DNA of 64,000 nt, taken from NCBI RefSeq assembly GCF_020745735.1, contig NW_026868014.1, positions 1 to 64,000 of the forward strand, read 5' to 3'. The notes below the pieces were generated by a model, which was given only the letters and a program-made list of their open reading frames with translations, was not told the DNA's origin and ran no database searches. Source of the DNA: Hemiscyllium ocellatum (Eukaryota). Each line of letters opens with the position of its first letter. Position 1 is the first letter of the stretch. The position numbers and the translations under genes are program-made. Positions 1 through 12,359 of this stretch are shown here, piece by piece.

Positions 1-310
1 GAATCCCTACCGTGTGGAAATAGGCCTCCACACTGACCCTCCAAGAGCATCCACTCCCCACCCCATTACTCTACATATTCTCTGACTACTGCACCTAACC
101 ACACATCCCTGAACACGATGGACAATTTAGTTGGCCAATTCACCGAACCTGCATATCCTTTGACTGGGGGAAGAAACCGGACATCCAGAGGAAACCCACA
201 GAGACACGGGGAGAATGTGCAAACTCCAAACAGACAGTTGCCCGAGGCTGGATCGAACCTGGGTCCCTGGTGCTGTGGGACAGCAGTGCTGACCACTGAG
301 CCTCAGTGCA
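1..310 (-). mobile_element. tRNA-derived SINE (HE1-like)
   Basis: Reverse complement of A/B-box head and ggcctgtttccacactg tail, shared with other copies in the window. Confidence 0.85.
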
Positions 311-639
311 GTCCATTCTTGCTTGCTGTAATGTCTGCTTCACGACTTGTAATGTGTTTTATTGCTTTAACTAAACTAACTTACAAAGTTAATGGATTGA
401 TTATGGGACCATTATCCTAAACATATGATGGTGAAAGGCTGGACAAAACACTGTACAGATGAGGCCTATTGCACATGCAGCTTCATCTGCATGTAGAATA
501 TACAAATGACAGTCTTTGATTGTGTGAAAGTGTATGAGGCAACATATGGGCAAGGAACAAAAGTAGGCCACTCGGCCCTTATGGCTGATCTGATTTTAAC
601 CTCAACTCTACATTCTCTGATAATGTTTCATCCCTTCAG

Positions 640-1050
640 TCACAAGAATCTATCTATGGTCATGGCTGATCATCGAGCACTACACTGTAATCCCTCCCTA
701 CCCCATATCCCTTGAATCTTTAGCCACAAGAGCTATCTCTACCCCCTTCTTGAAAACATAATGTTTTGGCCTCAACAACTTTCTGTGACAGAGAATTCCA
801 CAGGCTCACCACTCTCTGGGTGAAAACATTTTTCCTCATCTCTATCCTATAGAGTTTACCCCTTAACCTTAAACTATGAGCCCTGGTTCTGGACTTCCCA
901 CCATTTGGAACATCCTTCCTCCATCTAACATGTCTCATCCTGTTCCAATTTTATACCTTTGTACAAGATTCCCTTCCTTCATTCTTCTAAACTCCAATGA
1001 ACACAATCCTCACCAACTCAACCTCTCTTTATACATCAGTCCTGCCATCA
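640..1050 (-). mobile_element. CR1 LINE 3' fragment
   Basis: Translates to the ORF2 C-terminal motif RKNVFTQRVVSLWNSL. Confidence 0.8.
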
Positions 1051-1994
1051 CAGAAATCAAATGGCATTCAGTAATTAATATTAATCACCTCATTATGGAA
1101 GACAGACTTTGAAGGTCAGGGTGAGAGGACAGTCATTGCCAGTTCTAAAATTCAGGCTTCTGTTGCAGTAAGCTCAATGGAATCATTGTATACAATCTGA
1201 CAACAGCAGAAAGATGGGAGGTGTAGATGGAGGGTGCAGACAGCGGTGTAGACAGTGGGTTTGGACACGGGGTGTAAACGGAGGGTGCAGACGGTGTGTA
1301 TAGACAGTCGCATCGACAGAAGGTGCAGATGCTGGGTGCAGACTGTGCTGTAGCCAGTAGTATAAACATGTGCAAGACTTTGCGTGGTGACCAGACGAGT
1401 GGCTGTGTGGAATCACACAGAGAGCAGTCAGTGAGCCTGACACAGTCAGGGACACCCCCTGGTGCTGAAGGTCATGCTGCTGCTGGCAAAGGTCGCATTT
1501 CATTTGAAACTGTACTCACTCCCTACACACTCCCCTCTTGTCCCCATATTCCTCACGACAACCCCTGGAGATGCCAGCCAGCACTCTGTGCTTTTGCTCA
1601 GTCTCCATTGGCCTTGCTTCCATTAGTCTTGACCCTCCTTCCAAGCTCCTACTTGGGCCTTCACTGAAGCTTAACCATTTCCTCTGACCCTTGATCATGT
1701 ATTTCCACCCTCGACAGCCTATACTAGTCACCATTAACCTGCACAGCCCTCTCAGCATAGATACAACATAGAAAAGGCATTTCGGCCCATTGAGTCTGCA
1801 CGAACATAATTACAACTGAAGGCACTTTTATCCCAATTTCCTGCCGTTGTCCAAATCCATGAATGTTATGATATTCAGGGTTGTAAGGTATCTACCCTCC
1901 ACTACCTTCCCTGACAGAGGGTTGCGAGTTTATAGTTTGTGTCACATCAGACTCATGAAGCTGAATGAAATCTCAACTCTTTGGGCTTTTTTAT

Positions 1995-2330
1995 GGGTGG
2001 CATGGTGGCTCAGTGGTTAGTACTGCTGCCTCACAGCACTAGGGACCCGGGTCGATTCCAGCCCCGGGTATCTGTGTGGAGTTTGCACAGTCTCCCCGTG
2101 TCTGTGTGTTTTTCCTCTGTATGCTCCAGTTTCCTCCCACAATCCAAAGATGTGCAGTTAGGTGAATTGGCCATGCTAAAATTGCCCATAGTGTTCAGGG
2201 ATGTGTTAGTTAGGTGTGTTAGTCAGGGGAAATAGCCAAGGGAGTGGATCTCGGGTGAATTTCTCTTCGGAGGATTGGTCGGGACTTGTTGCACCAAATG
2301 GCCTGTTTCCACACTGTAGGGATTCTATGA
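1995..2330 (+). mobile_element. tRNA-derived SINE (HE1-like)
   Basis: A box TGGCTCAGTGG, B-box-like GGTCGATTCC, conserved core and CR1-like 3' tail. Confidence 0.85.
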
Positions 2331-2733
2331 CAGTCCATTCCAGATTCCCACCACCCTCTGAGTGAAAGAGGTTCTTTCCCAAATCTCATTTGCGATGTTC
2401 GTAAAGGAATCTTTCAAACCATTCATATTGTTCAGTGTCCTTTAGCTCTTGCGCTCCTTGTTCGATAAGTGTTTTTTTTCCTGATAAAATATGAGTTCCC
2501 TGATGGGTTTAACCTTGTCCAATCAGGGAGCCTTGGCTGACAGATAAAAATGGGAGTGTCAGAAGGACTGATACTCTGTTACCTGACTCTGAATAACAAC
2601 CTGCCAACCATCCCCCTCCTTCTGTTACCCTCAATCTCCTCATGCTTATTCTTGATACCCCTTCAATCCAGCTTGTGCTTCTTTGGGAGAGGTTGACCTT
2701 CCCTCCATCACCCAGGAACGTGGTCATCATCCC

Positions 2734-3030
2734 TGCTAGCACTGCTGCCTCACAGCACCAGGTCCCAGGTTCGATTCCAGCCTCGGGTGAATGTCTGTGT
2801 GGAGTTTGCACATTCTCCCTGTGTCTGCCTGGGTTTCCTCCGGTTGCCCTGGTTTCCTCCCACAGTCCAAAGATGTGCAAATCAGGTGAATTGGCCATGT
2901 TAAATTGCCCATAGTTTAGGTGCATTAGTCAGAGGGAAATGGGTCGGGTGGGTTTCTGTTTGGAGGGTCGGTGTGGATTGGTTGGGCCGAAAGGCCTGTT
3001 TCCACACTGTAGGTAATCTAATCTAATCTA
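2734..3030 (+). mobile_element. HE1-like SINE, 5'-truncated, left-arm specific
   Basis: Flanked by ATCCC (2729-2733 and 3031-3035), (AATCT)n tail; empty site at ~63280-63295. Confidence 0.85.
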
Positions 3031-3459
3031 ATCCCAGAGGAGCATAGTCCCACTCACTCATTACAGACAGAGCCAAAATGGTGGTGAGTTTAATCCAAGG
3101 GTCACCACAGCTGAGGCAGGGGGAGAGAAGGTGGCACCTTCATGTTAGTCGTACCCTTCATTAATCCACTGCAACCCCCTTGGGGCTGCAAGAATTCAAC
3201 CACCCTCGTTCAGACAGCTCCCCTCTCTGTAAGGTAATATTACTGCACCTAGTTTAGAGCTAATTGACCATTGAAATATGACTATGGGTAGTCAGCACTG
3301 GCTGGGCAGGCAGCCACAACTGCAATGACCCTGGATCCAGAAAATCCCCTTGTAATCAGGCAACACATTAGGGAGCACAGTGCCCACTGCCTCTGAAATC
3401 CCTCCCTTACTGAGAACACACTCTCAGTATTCACCTTTCTCAGTTGCCATCTCAATTTC

Positions 3460-3581
3460 ACTGTAAATTCTATCAACTATGATCCTGCCCCACTAGCTGC
3501 CTGATGAAGGAGCTCTGAAAGCATGTACTTCCAAAGAAACCTGTTGGACTATAACCTGGTGTTGTGTGATTTTTAACTTTG
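3460..3581 (+). mobile_element. Penelope-like terminal fragment with degenerate hammerhead core (mirror 62771-62895)
   Basis: CTGATGA-A-GGAGC..GAAAGC at 3501-3522, followed by ccaaagaaacctgttggactataacctggtgttgtgtgatttttaacttt; family assignment is from recollection. Confidence 0.55.
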
Positions 3582-3859
3582 GCCATCTCACTGAGGCACC
3601 ATTTCAGACTGAACTGTTTTTCATTCATGATTTGAGACGATTAAAGCCAAGTCTTCAATTCCCATCACAAAGCCCATTCTCTATCCATCACTCAGAGACA
3701 AATACCTCAGAGACACCTACAGGCAGCACAGAGTAACACATTCACACTCAATGAGATACTGACAGGCAGTACAGAATAACACACACGCTCAGAGAGATAT
3801 CTACAGGCAACACTGAGTAACGCACACACACTCAGAGTGCCAGGCAGCACTGAGTAACA

Positions 3860-4063
3860 AGGCAAAAGTGAGGACTGCAGATGCTGGAGCTTAGAGTCGA
3901 GAGTGTGGTACTGGAAAGCACAGCAGGTCAGGCAGCATCTGAGCAGCAGCAAAATCAACGTTTTGGACATCCTGATGAAGGAATTTTCCTGATGAAGGCA
4001 TTGATTCTCCTGCTCCTCGGATGTTGCCTGACCTGCTATGCTTTTCCACCACCACACTCTCTG
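3860..4063. mobile_element. Short semi-palindromic element with degenerate CTGATGA cores; left-arm specific
   Basis: AGCACTGAGTAACA duplicated at 3846-3859 and 4064-4077; empty site ~62470-62490; CTGATGA at 3972 and 3989. Confidence 0.75.
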
Positions 4064-5138
4064 AGCACTGAGTAACATGCTCACAGTCCATGCTGCCTGG
4101 AGGTGTCTCTCTGAGTGTGAACATGTTACTCAGTGCTGCATGTCGATGTCTCTGAATAACACACCCACACTCACAGTGACACCTCAGGCAGCATTATGTA
4201 AAACACACACACACTCAACTCAGAGAGACACACAGCCTCCATTCTCAGTGACTGGCCTTAAAACATTACAGGTACTATCCAGCATGCAGCAGAGAGCGCA
4301 CAGTACTATCCCAGCAACTCTACCTGGATCAAAAGAGTGAAGAGGGAATGCCTCAGATTGTAATTACAGAGTCCCAACAGCTTTCAGTTTCTGTTTTGTT
4401 TGGAAACTTGTAACCTCCACAGTTTCCAGATCAAAGGGATCATTTGAAAATGATTGATGATTAGCTGTCAGTCCATACTACAATGAAAGTCTTACTGATT
4501 GACAGACCAAACAGCCAATTGTGACAATGCTGTGCTGAAATGCATCCAATCAGCTGAAGGGAGTGGTCCATTTCCAAAGCACACAGAAACAGAGACTGAA
4601 TCTTCTTCAACTTTAATCTGATTTGATTGGCTTTGGGAGAATAAACACTAAAATTAACAGCCCAGACAGAGGAAGCTGCTCAAATTCACAGCCACAATGG
4701 TGCTTGAGGAAAACACTTGTGGAGGTTTTCTCAGTAACATGAGAATCCTGTCCCTTTAAACAGTGACAAAACTTAAATTGGAACTGGTGGCTGAGCAGGA
4801 AGGAGATCTGTTTACTGAAGCAGAGACTTCAGAGGTTCACATTGTTTTGTACAGCTGGCACTTTTCAGCATCTTCAAGAGATTTTACTTAGCATCACAAG
4901 TCAACCCTGACCCGTCAAACACTCCCAGGACAAGGACAGCATGAGGTTTTACATAGGATAAAACTCTCTCTACGCTGTCCCAATGAACTGCCTGAACTCC
5001 TGAACCTCAGAAGTGTCCCCTAGACCAGTCCTGAGAAGGAGGAGCGTTGACATTCAGTGCTGACAATGACCTTTGTCCTGCCAGCTCAGCCCTGTTCTGT
5101 TTAAAGTTGTGTCTCCTCTGTGGACTGTCTCAAACACT

Positions 5139-5464
5139 CTACACACATTCTGATCTCCTGATGCTCTTGCTGAGGGGAGAGGGGAGGGTCACGTGGGTGA
5201 GGGCACAGGAGAAGCGAGCGTTGGACTCCCAGTCAGACCCAGAGAGGGTCAGCGCTGCTGACACTGTAGGTGCTGTCCGAAGCTCGCAGGTAGTTGCTGG
5301 TCTGAACCCCGTCCGAAATGACTGCACCATCCTTCTTCCACTGCACCTCCAGCTCATCGGGATAGAAGTGATTGGCAAGGCACACCAGGGTGGCAGTGCC
5401 CTTGGCATTGACCTGCTCCAGGGAGGGGGCAGCAGGGTCAGCTTGGGCTGAGAGTTCTCACGGC
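5139..5464 (-). pseudogene. IGKC: Ig kappa-type light-chain constant exon, cluster A; two compensating frameshifts
   Basis: Acceptor AG at 5465-5466. Differs from the 61134-61462 exon by 5 substitutions, a 1-nt deletion in the C-run near 5427 and a 2-nt deletion at 5253/5254. Ends ...RFSCALTHVTLPSPLSKSIRRSECV*. Confidence 0.93.
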
Positions 5465-6784
5465 CTGAAAGACAAAAGAAACAATTTTAATCCCTGCCAT
5501 TTGAAGAAACTTCAACTCTCAGAACATTCACTGGTAAAATGTTTGAACATTTGTATCCAATACCTACCAAACCCGACAAAAAAACCAGGTATTGTTTAAA
5601 TTGCTTCTTGGGAGTGAGTGTCACGAGCAGGGCCAGCATTTATTTCTCATCCCTAATTGCCCGAGAAGGTGATGGGGAAAGACAAGGAACAGGTTTGGAC
5701 TCTTGTTTAGGGAATGAATGTGGGCAGCTGGAAGGGCTCTCAATGGGGGAGCAGTTTAGTGACAGTGATCAGAACTCAGTGAGATTGAGAGTAGGGATGG
5801 AAATGGAGAACCATGCAGCAAGTGTTAACGTTTTCACTTGGGAATGAACTATTTTACTAAACTGTGCGATAATTTAGTAAAAGTGGACTGGAACCAACGC
5901 CATCATGTGAAATCAGTGTCAGGGCAGTGGGATCCCTCAAAAGAAAAGACAGAGATTGTTCAGAATCTTTTCCCACAATGAGTAAGGGTGGGACTCCCAA
6001 ATCTAGACTCTCAGCCTGGGATGTCAAAAGGCAGCCAGAGTAGGGAAGACTAAACAGGGAAGGTGATGTTGGTTATCTGGAGTTATCTGCAGAAAGCCCA
6101 GAGGAGGATCGAAAATGCAGGGGTGGCATTGAACAGGACCTGAGGAAGGCAAAGACAGGATTAACTGTGTCCAACTGAATCAAAGAAATCACAACAAACA
6201 AGAGGATTGGGGGTCAGGTACTGACATGGATTGAGAACTGGTTGGCAGACAGGACAGGAAGAGCGAGTCTTTTTCTGAATGGCAGATATTTCCCAGTTGG
6301 GGTACCACAGGGATCAGTCCTTGGTACCCAGTTATTCATAACATATAATAATAGAGTCAGAGTCAGAGAGACCCAAAAGGCCCAACGGATCATTGTGTCA
6401 AAAAACAACTCAATACTTCTCATCAATTTACCAGCATGAGGGAATTAGATGCGGTATGTGTTCAAGAAGGAATTAGATACAGTTCTTAAGATTAATGAGT
6501 TCAAAGAATGTGGGGAGCAAGCAGGAACAGGGGACAGTGTTGGATGATTGGCCATGATCATATTGAATGGTGGAGCAGGCTTGAGGGGCCGAATGGCCTA
6601 CTGCTGCTCCTGTGTTTTATGTTTCTGTCCGTTTCTCAGATAATGAAGGAATGTCTCTCGTCAGCTTGAGGCTGGAAGTCAGATGTGTGTGGAGGTGGAA
6701 GATGTGGCCATGGTGATTAATGAATGCAGGTCAGTGAGGTGGTTCAGAAGACACATGGGATAAACTGTTTTTCTTTTTCCCTTG

Positions 6785-7118
6785 ATGGAATGAGGGCATT
6801 GCTGGATCGGCAGCATTTATTGCCCATCCTAATCTCCAGAGGGCATTTTAGAGTCACCCACATTGCTGTGGGTCTGGTGTCACATGGTAAGGATGGCAGT
6901 TTCCTTCCCTAAAGGACATTAGTGAATCAGATGGCTTTTTTTCCTGACAATCAACAATTGTTTCATGGTCATCATCAGACTCTTAATTCCAGATTTTTTA
7001 AATTGAATTCAAATTCCACCATCTGCTGTGGCAGGATTCTGCCCTGGTCCCTAGAACATTAATCTGGATCTCTGGATTAACAGGTCAACAATAATACTAT
7101 TAGGCCATCACCTCCCTT
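6785..7118 (-). mobile_element. Deu-domain SINE (SacSINE1-like); paralog of 59725-60055
   Basis: Carries ...gaccatgaaac...ctaatgtcctttaggg aaggaaactgccatccttacc...gacccacagcaatgtgg core; family assignment is from recollection of the consensus. Confidence 0.65.
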
Positions 7119-8229
7119 ATCTCATTTTTGGTTGAGAGTGAAAGCAAGAAATTTGTTTATTCTGGAACTTTATCAAACCCCAGTTAGAGCACAGTGAGAG
7201 AACAGTGTACAGTTCTGGTCACCACATTACAGGAAGGATATGATCCCCTGAGTGATGGGGACAGTGGAGGATTTTGTCAGGAATGGGGAGTTTTAGTTTT
7301 GAGGAATGATTGGTTTGGCTGGGACTGTTTTTTTTGGAACAGAGAAGGCTGAGGGGAGATTTGATCAAGGCGTGTAAAATGATGAGGGCCAAGATAGAAT
7401 TGGTAGGAAGGACTGATTTCCATCAGCAGAGAGGGCAATAACCATGGGGAGAGATTGAAATGAATTGGGGACAGGGTTCGAGGTGAATTGAGGAGTAATT
7501 GTTTTCACCCAGAGGCTGATGGGATCTGGGACTCACTGTCTGAAAGGTTGGGAGAGGCAGAAACCCTCATCACATTGAAAAAAACACTTGGATATTCACT
7601 TGGAACAGCGAAACATCCAGAGCTATGGAGCAAGAGCTGGAGAGTGGGATGGAGCTCGATCCCTCTTTAACAAACCTCGGATTACCCACAGATGAGGAGA
7701 ACTTTATCCGAGAACATTGGAGCAGACTTGGATCCAAACATTTCGGGAAGGAGTCACATTGGGTGTCTGTGTAGAATGCTCTTGAATACATTTCAAACCT
7801 TGCTGCACACCACTGGGCTGAGATCAAGGGTGAAGCTGCAAAGAGTCTCAGTGACCTGGGGTCAGGCAGGGTCACTGCTCCTAATGACCCCATGCCTCCT
7901 GGAAGGTGAGAGTGCGCAGACAATGGGTGAGGTTCAGGATCAAGAGACTCTAACCTTAAAGAAAGACCTGCATTTGTGTAGCACCTGTCCCCAGCTCAGG
8001 ATGTCCCAATGGCTCTTTCCAGCAGACTTTGTGCAGTGAGATCCCAAACACAGTATGATAATTAGCAGAGAAATAGATTTTTAGTGATTTTTATTGGGGG
8101 ATAAATAGTGACCAGGTACACCAGAAGGAACTGCCTGCTCTTCATCCAACAGTGCCATGGAATGGCACCTTTCACATCTGAAAGACTCCCAGTTCAACCA
8201 AAAAAAAAGTTCCGTGAAAGTGGAGTTGC

Positions 8230-8880
8230 AGGTAGGTAGGGGAGTGACGAAGTAACTTGGTATGGTTTCCTTTATTGGCAGCGCATTGAGTATTGGAGTT
8301 GGGAGCTGTTGTGGTTGTGCCAGACATTGGTCACTTTTGGAATACGGTGTGTAATTCTGGTCTCCCTGCTGTAGGAACAATATTGTGAACCTTAAAATGC
8401 TTCAGAAAAGTTTTTTAAGGTGTGTTACCAAGGTTGGAGAGTTTGAGCTATCGGAGGAAGCTGAATAGACTGAGACTATTTTCCTGGATTGTTGGAGGCT
8501 GAGGGGTGACCACACAGTGGTTTATAAAATCATGAGGGGTATAGATACGGTGAATAGAGTAGATCTTTTCTTCAGAGTGGGGGAGTCCAGAACTAGAGGG
8601 CATAGGTTGAAGGTGACAGGGGAAAGATTTAAAAGGACCTAAGGTGTAACGTTTTCATGCAGAGGGTGGTACATTTTTGGAATGAGCTGCCAGAGGGAGT
8701 GGTGGAGGCTGGTATGATTACAATATTTAAAAAGCCATCTGGATGGGTATATGTATAGGAAGGGTTGAGAGCGACATGGGCCTCATGCTGGCAAATGGGA
8801 CTAGATTAATTTAGGGTATCTGGTCAGGATGGATGACTTGGACTGAAGGGTCAGTTTCTCTGCTGTACATCTCCATAACT
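8230..8880 (+). mobile_element. CR1 LINE 3' fragment (mirror ~58030-58560)
   Basis: ORF2 C-terminal and 3' UTR motifs, degenerate. Confidence 0.78.
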
Positions 8881-9199
8881 GTAATTGTATTTCAATCGAG
8901 CCCCTAACACCTCAGGCTCTCCCAAAGACATTTACATTTTGTTTTAAAACAAGTCACTGTTGCAATGTCAGGAAAGGGACAGCCAATTTCTACACAGCAA
9001 GATCCCACTAGAAGCAATGAGATCAAAGAGCATTTTCATGATGTTGGTCCAAGGATAAATATTGTCCTGAACTCAACCCAAAGAGAAAGGAATTTGGTTC
9101 AGTTGGATGGAAAATGAGAAAATGGAAGGTAAAGGAGAAGGTAGGATTGCTGGTTAGTGATGGGATTGATTGTTACCAGAAAATAAAAGGAAGGGATAG

Positions 9200-12150
9200 A
9201 ATTTTTGAATATTAAAGGAACCATAAAAGTGCAGGGAAAACGAACAATAGAACAAACTTAAAGGGTTTGTATCTAAATGCACGAAGCATTCTGAGTAAGG
9301 CAGACAAAGTGATGCCATAAATCGAGGTAAATTGAGTTTCCAAGGAATTTAAACTAGTTAAAGTGGAGGAGGGCTCAAGAGAGGCTATTCGGTTTCTAGA
9401 AGGCATACCAGGAGAGAGAGTACAGAAAGGAACAAGAGTCGAGCATCAAGCACAGCAGATAAGAGGATAATGATGAGAAGGAGGGCAGTCAATGCAGGAC
9501 TGAAGGTGTTGGACTTAAAAGCACACAGTATACGCAATGAGCTGGTAGTGCAGATTGAAACTGGCAGGTACGATGTTGTGGGTATCACAGAGACATGGCT
9601 GTAAGGGGATCCGGGCTGGGAACTAAATATCCAAGGATACATGTCCTATCAAAAGAACAGGCAGATGGACAGAGGGGGAAGAGTTGCCTTGTTAGTACGA
9701 TATTAAATTAAATCAAAGCAAGAAGTGAGATAGAGTCAAAAGGTGTAGAATGTGTGTGGGTAGAGTTGAGGAACCGCAAGAAATAAAGAATCTGATGCAA
9801 GTTATGTCCAGATCTCCAAGCAGTAATCAGGGTGTGGGGAAGGAAATCAATCAGGAGACAGAAAAGCCGTATACAAAATGTCAGGGCAGACCTCAATGGA
9901 TAGGTGGACTGGGTAGCACGTCTCAAGAAAAGGATTTCATGGATGTCTACAAGATCGTTTTTGGAGCAGCTTGCGGTTGAGCCATTATGGAACAGGCAGT
10001 TCTGGATTCAGTGATGTGGAATGAGGCAAACTTGATTAATGAGCTGAAGGTGAAAGTATCCTTCTGGAAAAATGATCATAATATGATAGAATTCCCCCTG
10101 TAGTTTGAGAGGGAGAAGCTGCAATCAGATGGATCTGTATTTCAGTTGAGTAAAGGGAACAACAAAGACATGAGGAAGGAGTTGACCAGAGTTTGTTGGA
10201 AGGGGAGCCGAGCAGATAAGATGGTGGGGCAGCAAACAGCAGGGTTTCTGGGCATAATTCAGGAAGCAGAGCAGGAATTCATCCCAAAAAAGAAGAAACA
10301 TACTAAGGGGAGGACAAGGCAACCATGGCTGGTGAGGGAAGTCACGGACAGCATAAAAGCAAAAGAAAAAAATGCACAATGTGGTAGAGAAAAGTGGGAA
10401 GCCAGAGGGTTAGGAAGCCTTTAAAAACCTGGAGAGGATAAATAAAAAAGCATTAAAGGTGGAGAAGGGGAAATGTGGGGGTAAGTTAGCCGGTAATACA
10501 AAAGAAGATTGCACGAGTTTTATCAGATGTATAAAAAGGAAGAGGAAGGCAAAAATAGACATTGGAAAATGAGGCTGGAGAAAGTATTATAGGAAGTGAA
10601 GAAATAGCAGAGGAATTGAATCGAAGCTGAAAGGTTGAATGTGGATAACTCACCCAGACTAGATGAACTACATGAGTGTGTTCTGAAGGAGATCACTGAG
10701 TAAATTATGGAGGTATTGGAGATGATCTTTCAGGAATCAATGGAGTCAGGGTATGACAGTGTGGTGGGCAGGGATTTGATGGGGGCAAGGGACTGGAAAG
10801 TGGCTCACATAACAGCCCTGTTTAAGAAGGGAGGGAGGAGGGAGAAGATGGGAAATTATAGGCCAGTTAGCCTGGACTCAGTTGTTGGTAAGGTTTTAGA
10901 CTTCAATTTAAGGATGAAATTGCAGAGGACTTGGAGGTGCAATTGTAAACTAGGGCTGAGTCAACACGGCTTCATCAAGGGGAGGTCATGCCTGGCAAAT
11001 CTGTTAGAATTCTTTGAGGAGGCAATGAGCCAGTCAGACAAAGGAGAGTCAAAGGAAGTAATCTATTTGGATTTCTAGAAGGCCTTTGACATTAGATAAG
11101 AGCATACAGTGTGAGGGCCGAGGCACTGGCATGGACTAAGGACTGGCAGGTTGGCATAAAGCAGAGAGTGAGGAAAAATGGCCGTTTGTGACTGGTAGAG
11201 TCATGTAGGGGTCAATGTTAGGACCTTAACTATTCACATTATACATTAACAATCTGGATGGAGGAAGTGAAGACATTGTTGCTAAGTTTGCAGATGACAT
11301 GAGATAGGTGGAGGGACAGGTAGTGTTGAGGAAGTGGGAAGAATGTAAAAGCTCCTGGAAAGGCTGGGAGAGTGGGCAAAGAAGTGGCAGATAGAATACA
11401 ATGTGTTACAGTGTGAGGGTGTGCACTTTGGGAGGAAGAAGAGATGCAAAGACTATTTTCTAAATAAGAAAAGCTTTTGGAAATCTAAAGCACGAACCTC
11501 ATTCAGGTTTCCCTTCAGGTTAACAGGCAGGTCCAGTTTGTGCTTGGGAAGGCAAATGAAATGATAGCATTCATTTCAGTAGGGCCAGAATACAAGAGCA
11601 GAGATGTACTGCTGAGGCTGTGTAAGGCTCTGGTCAGACTGCATTTGGAATATTGTGAGCAGATTTCGGACCCATATTCTAAGAAACCATGGGCTGGCAT
11701 TGGAGGGGTTTACAAGAATGATCCTGGTGATGAAGGACTTATCGTATCAGATGTGCTTGAGGACTCTGGGTCTGTACTCAATGGAGTTTAGAAGGATGAG
11801 GAGGGATCTTATTGAAATTTACTGAATACTGATCAACCTGGATAGAGTGGATGTGAAAAAGATGTTTCCAAAAACAGGAGAGACTCGGTAACAAGGCACA
11901 GCCTCAGTATGAAGGGCCAGCCCTTTCGAGCTGAGATGAGGAGGAATTTCTTCAGCCAGAGGGTGGTGAATCTGTGGAATGTATTGCTACAGAGGGCAGT
12001 GGAGGCCAAGTCACTGAGTGTATTTAAGACAGAGATAGATAGTTTGTGATAGTTAAGGGGATCGAACGTTCCTGTGGATCAAGCAGAGAATGGGGGTGAG
12101 AAGCATATCTGCCAAGATCAACTGGCAGAGCAGATTCAATGGGCTGAATG
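9200..12150 (+). mobile_element. Degenerate CR1 LINE ORF2 (AP endonuclease to RT to 3' end); mirror ~53720-57400
   Basis: YDVVGITETWL endonuclease motif, GNYRPVSL, QHGFIKGRSCLANL and KFADD; many stops and frameshifts. Confidence 0.88.
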
Positions 12151-12359
12151 GCTGATTTCTGCTCCTATTTCTTAAAGTCTTCTGGAGAGTTTCCCCAAAA
12201 CCCTGGAACACTGAACCCACTGGACTGTGAGCCCTGCTGGAGCTGTTTGTCATCAGAACTTTGCCAAGAGATGACCAAAGGGTGAAGAGAGTGTGCATTT
12301 AGGTGGGAACTTCAGAATGCTTCCTAGCTCCTGGAATACCATGAGAACAGAAAGTGTGG

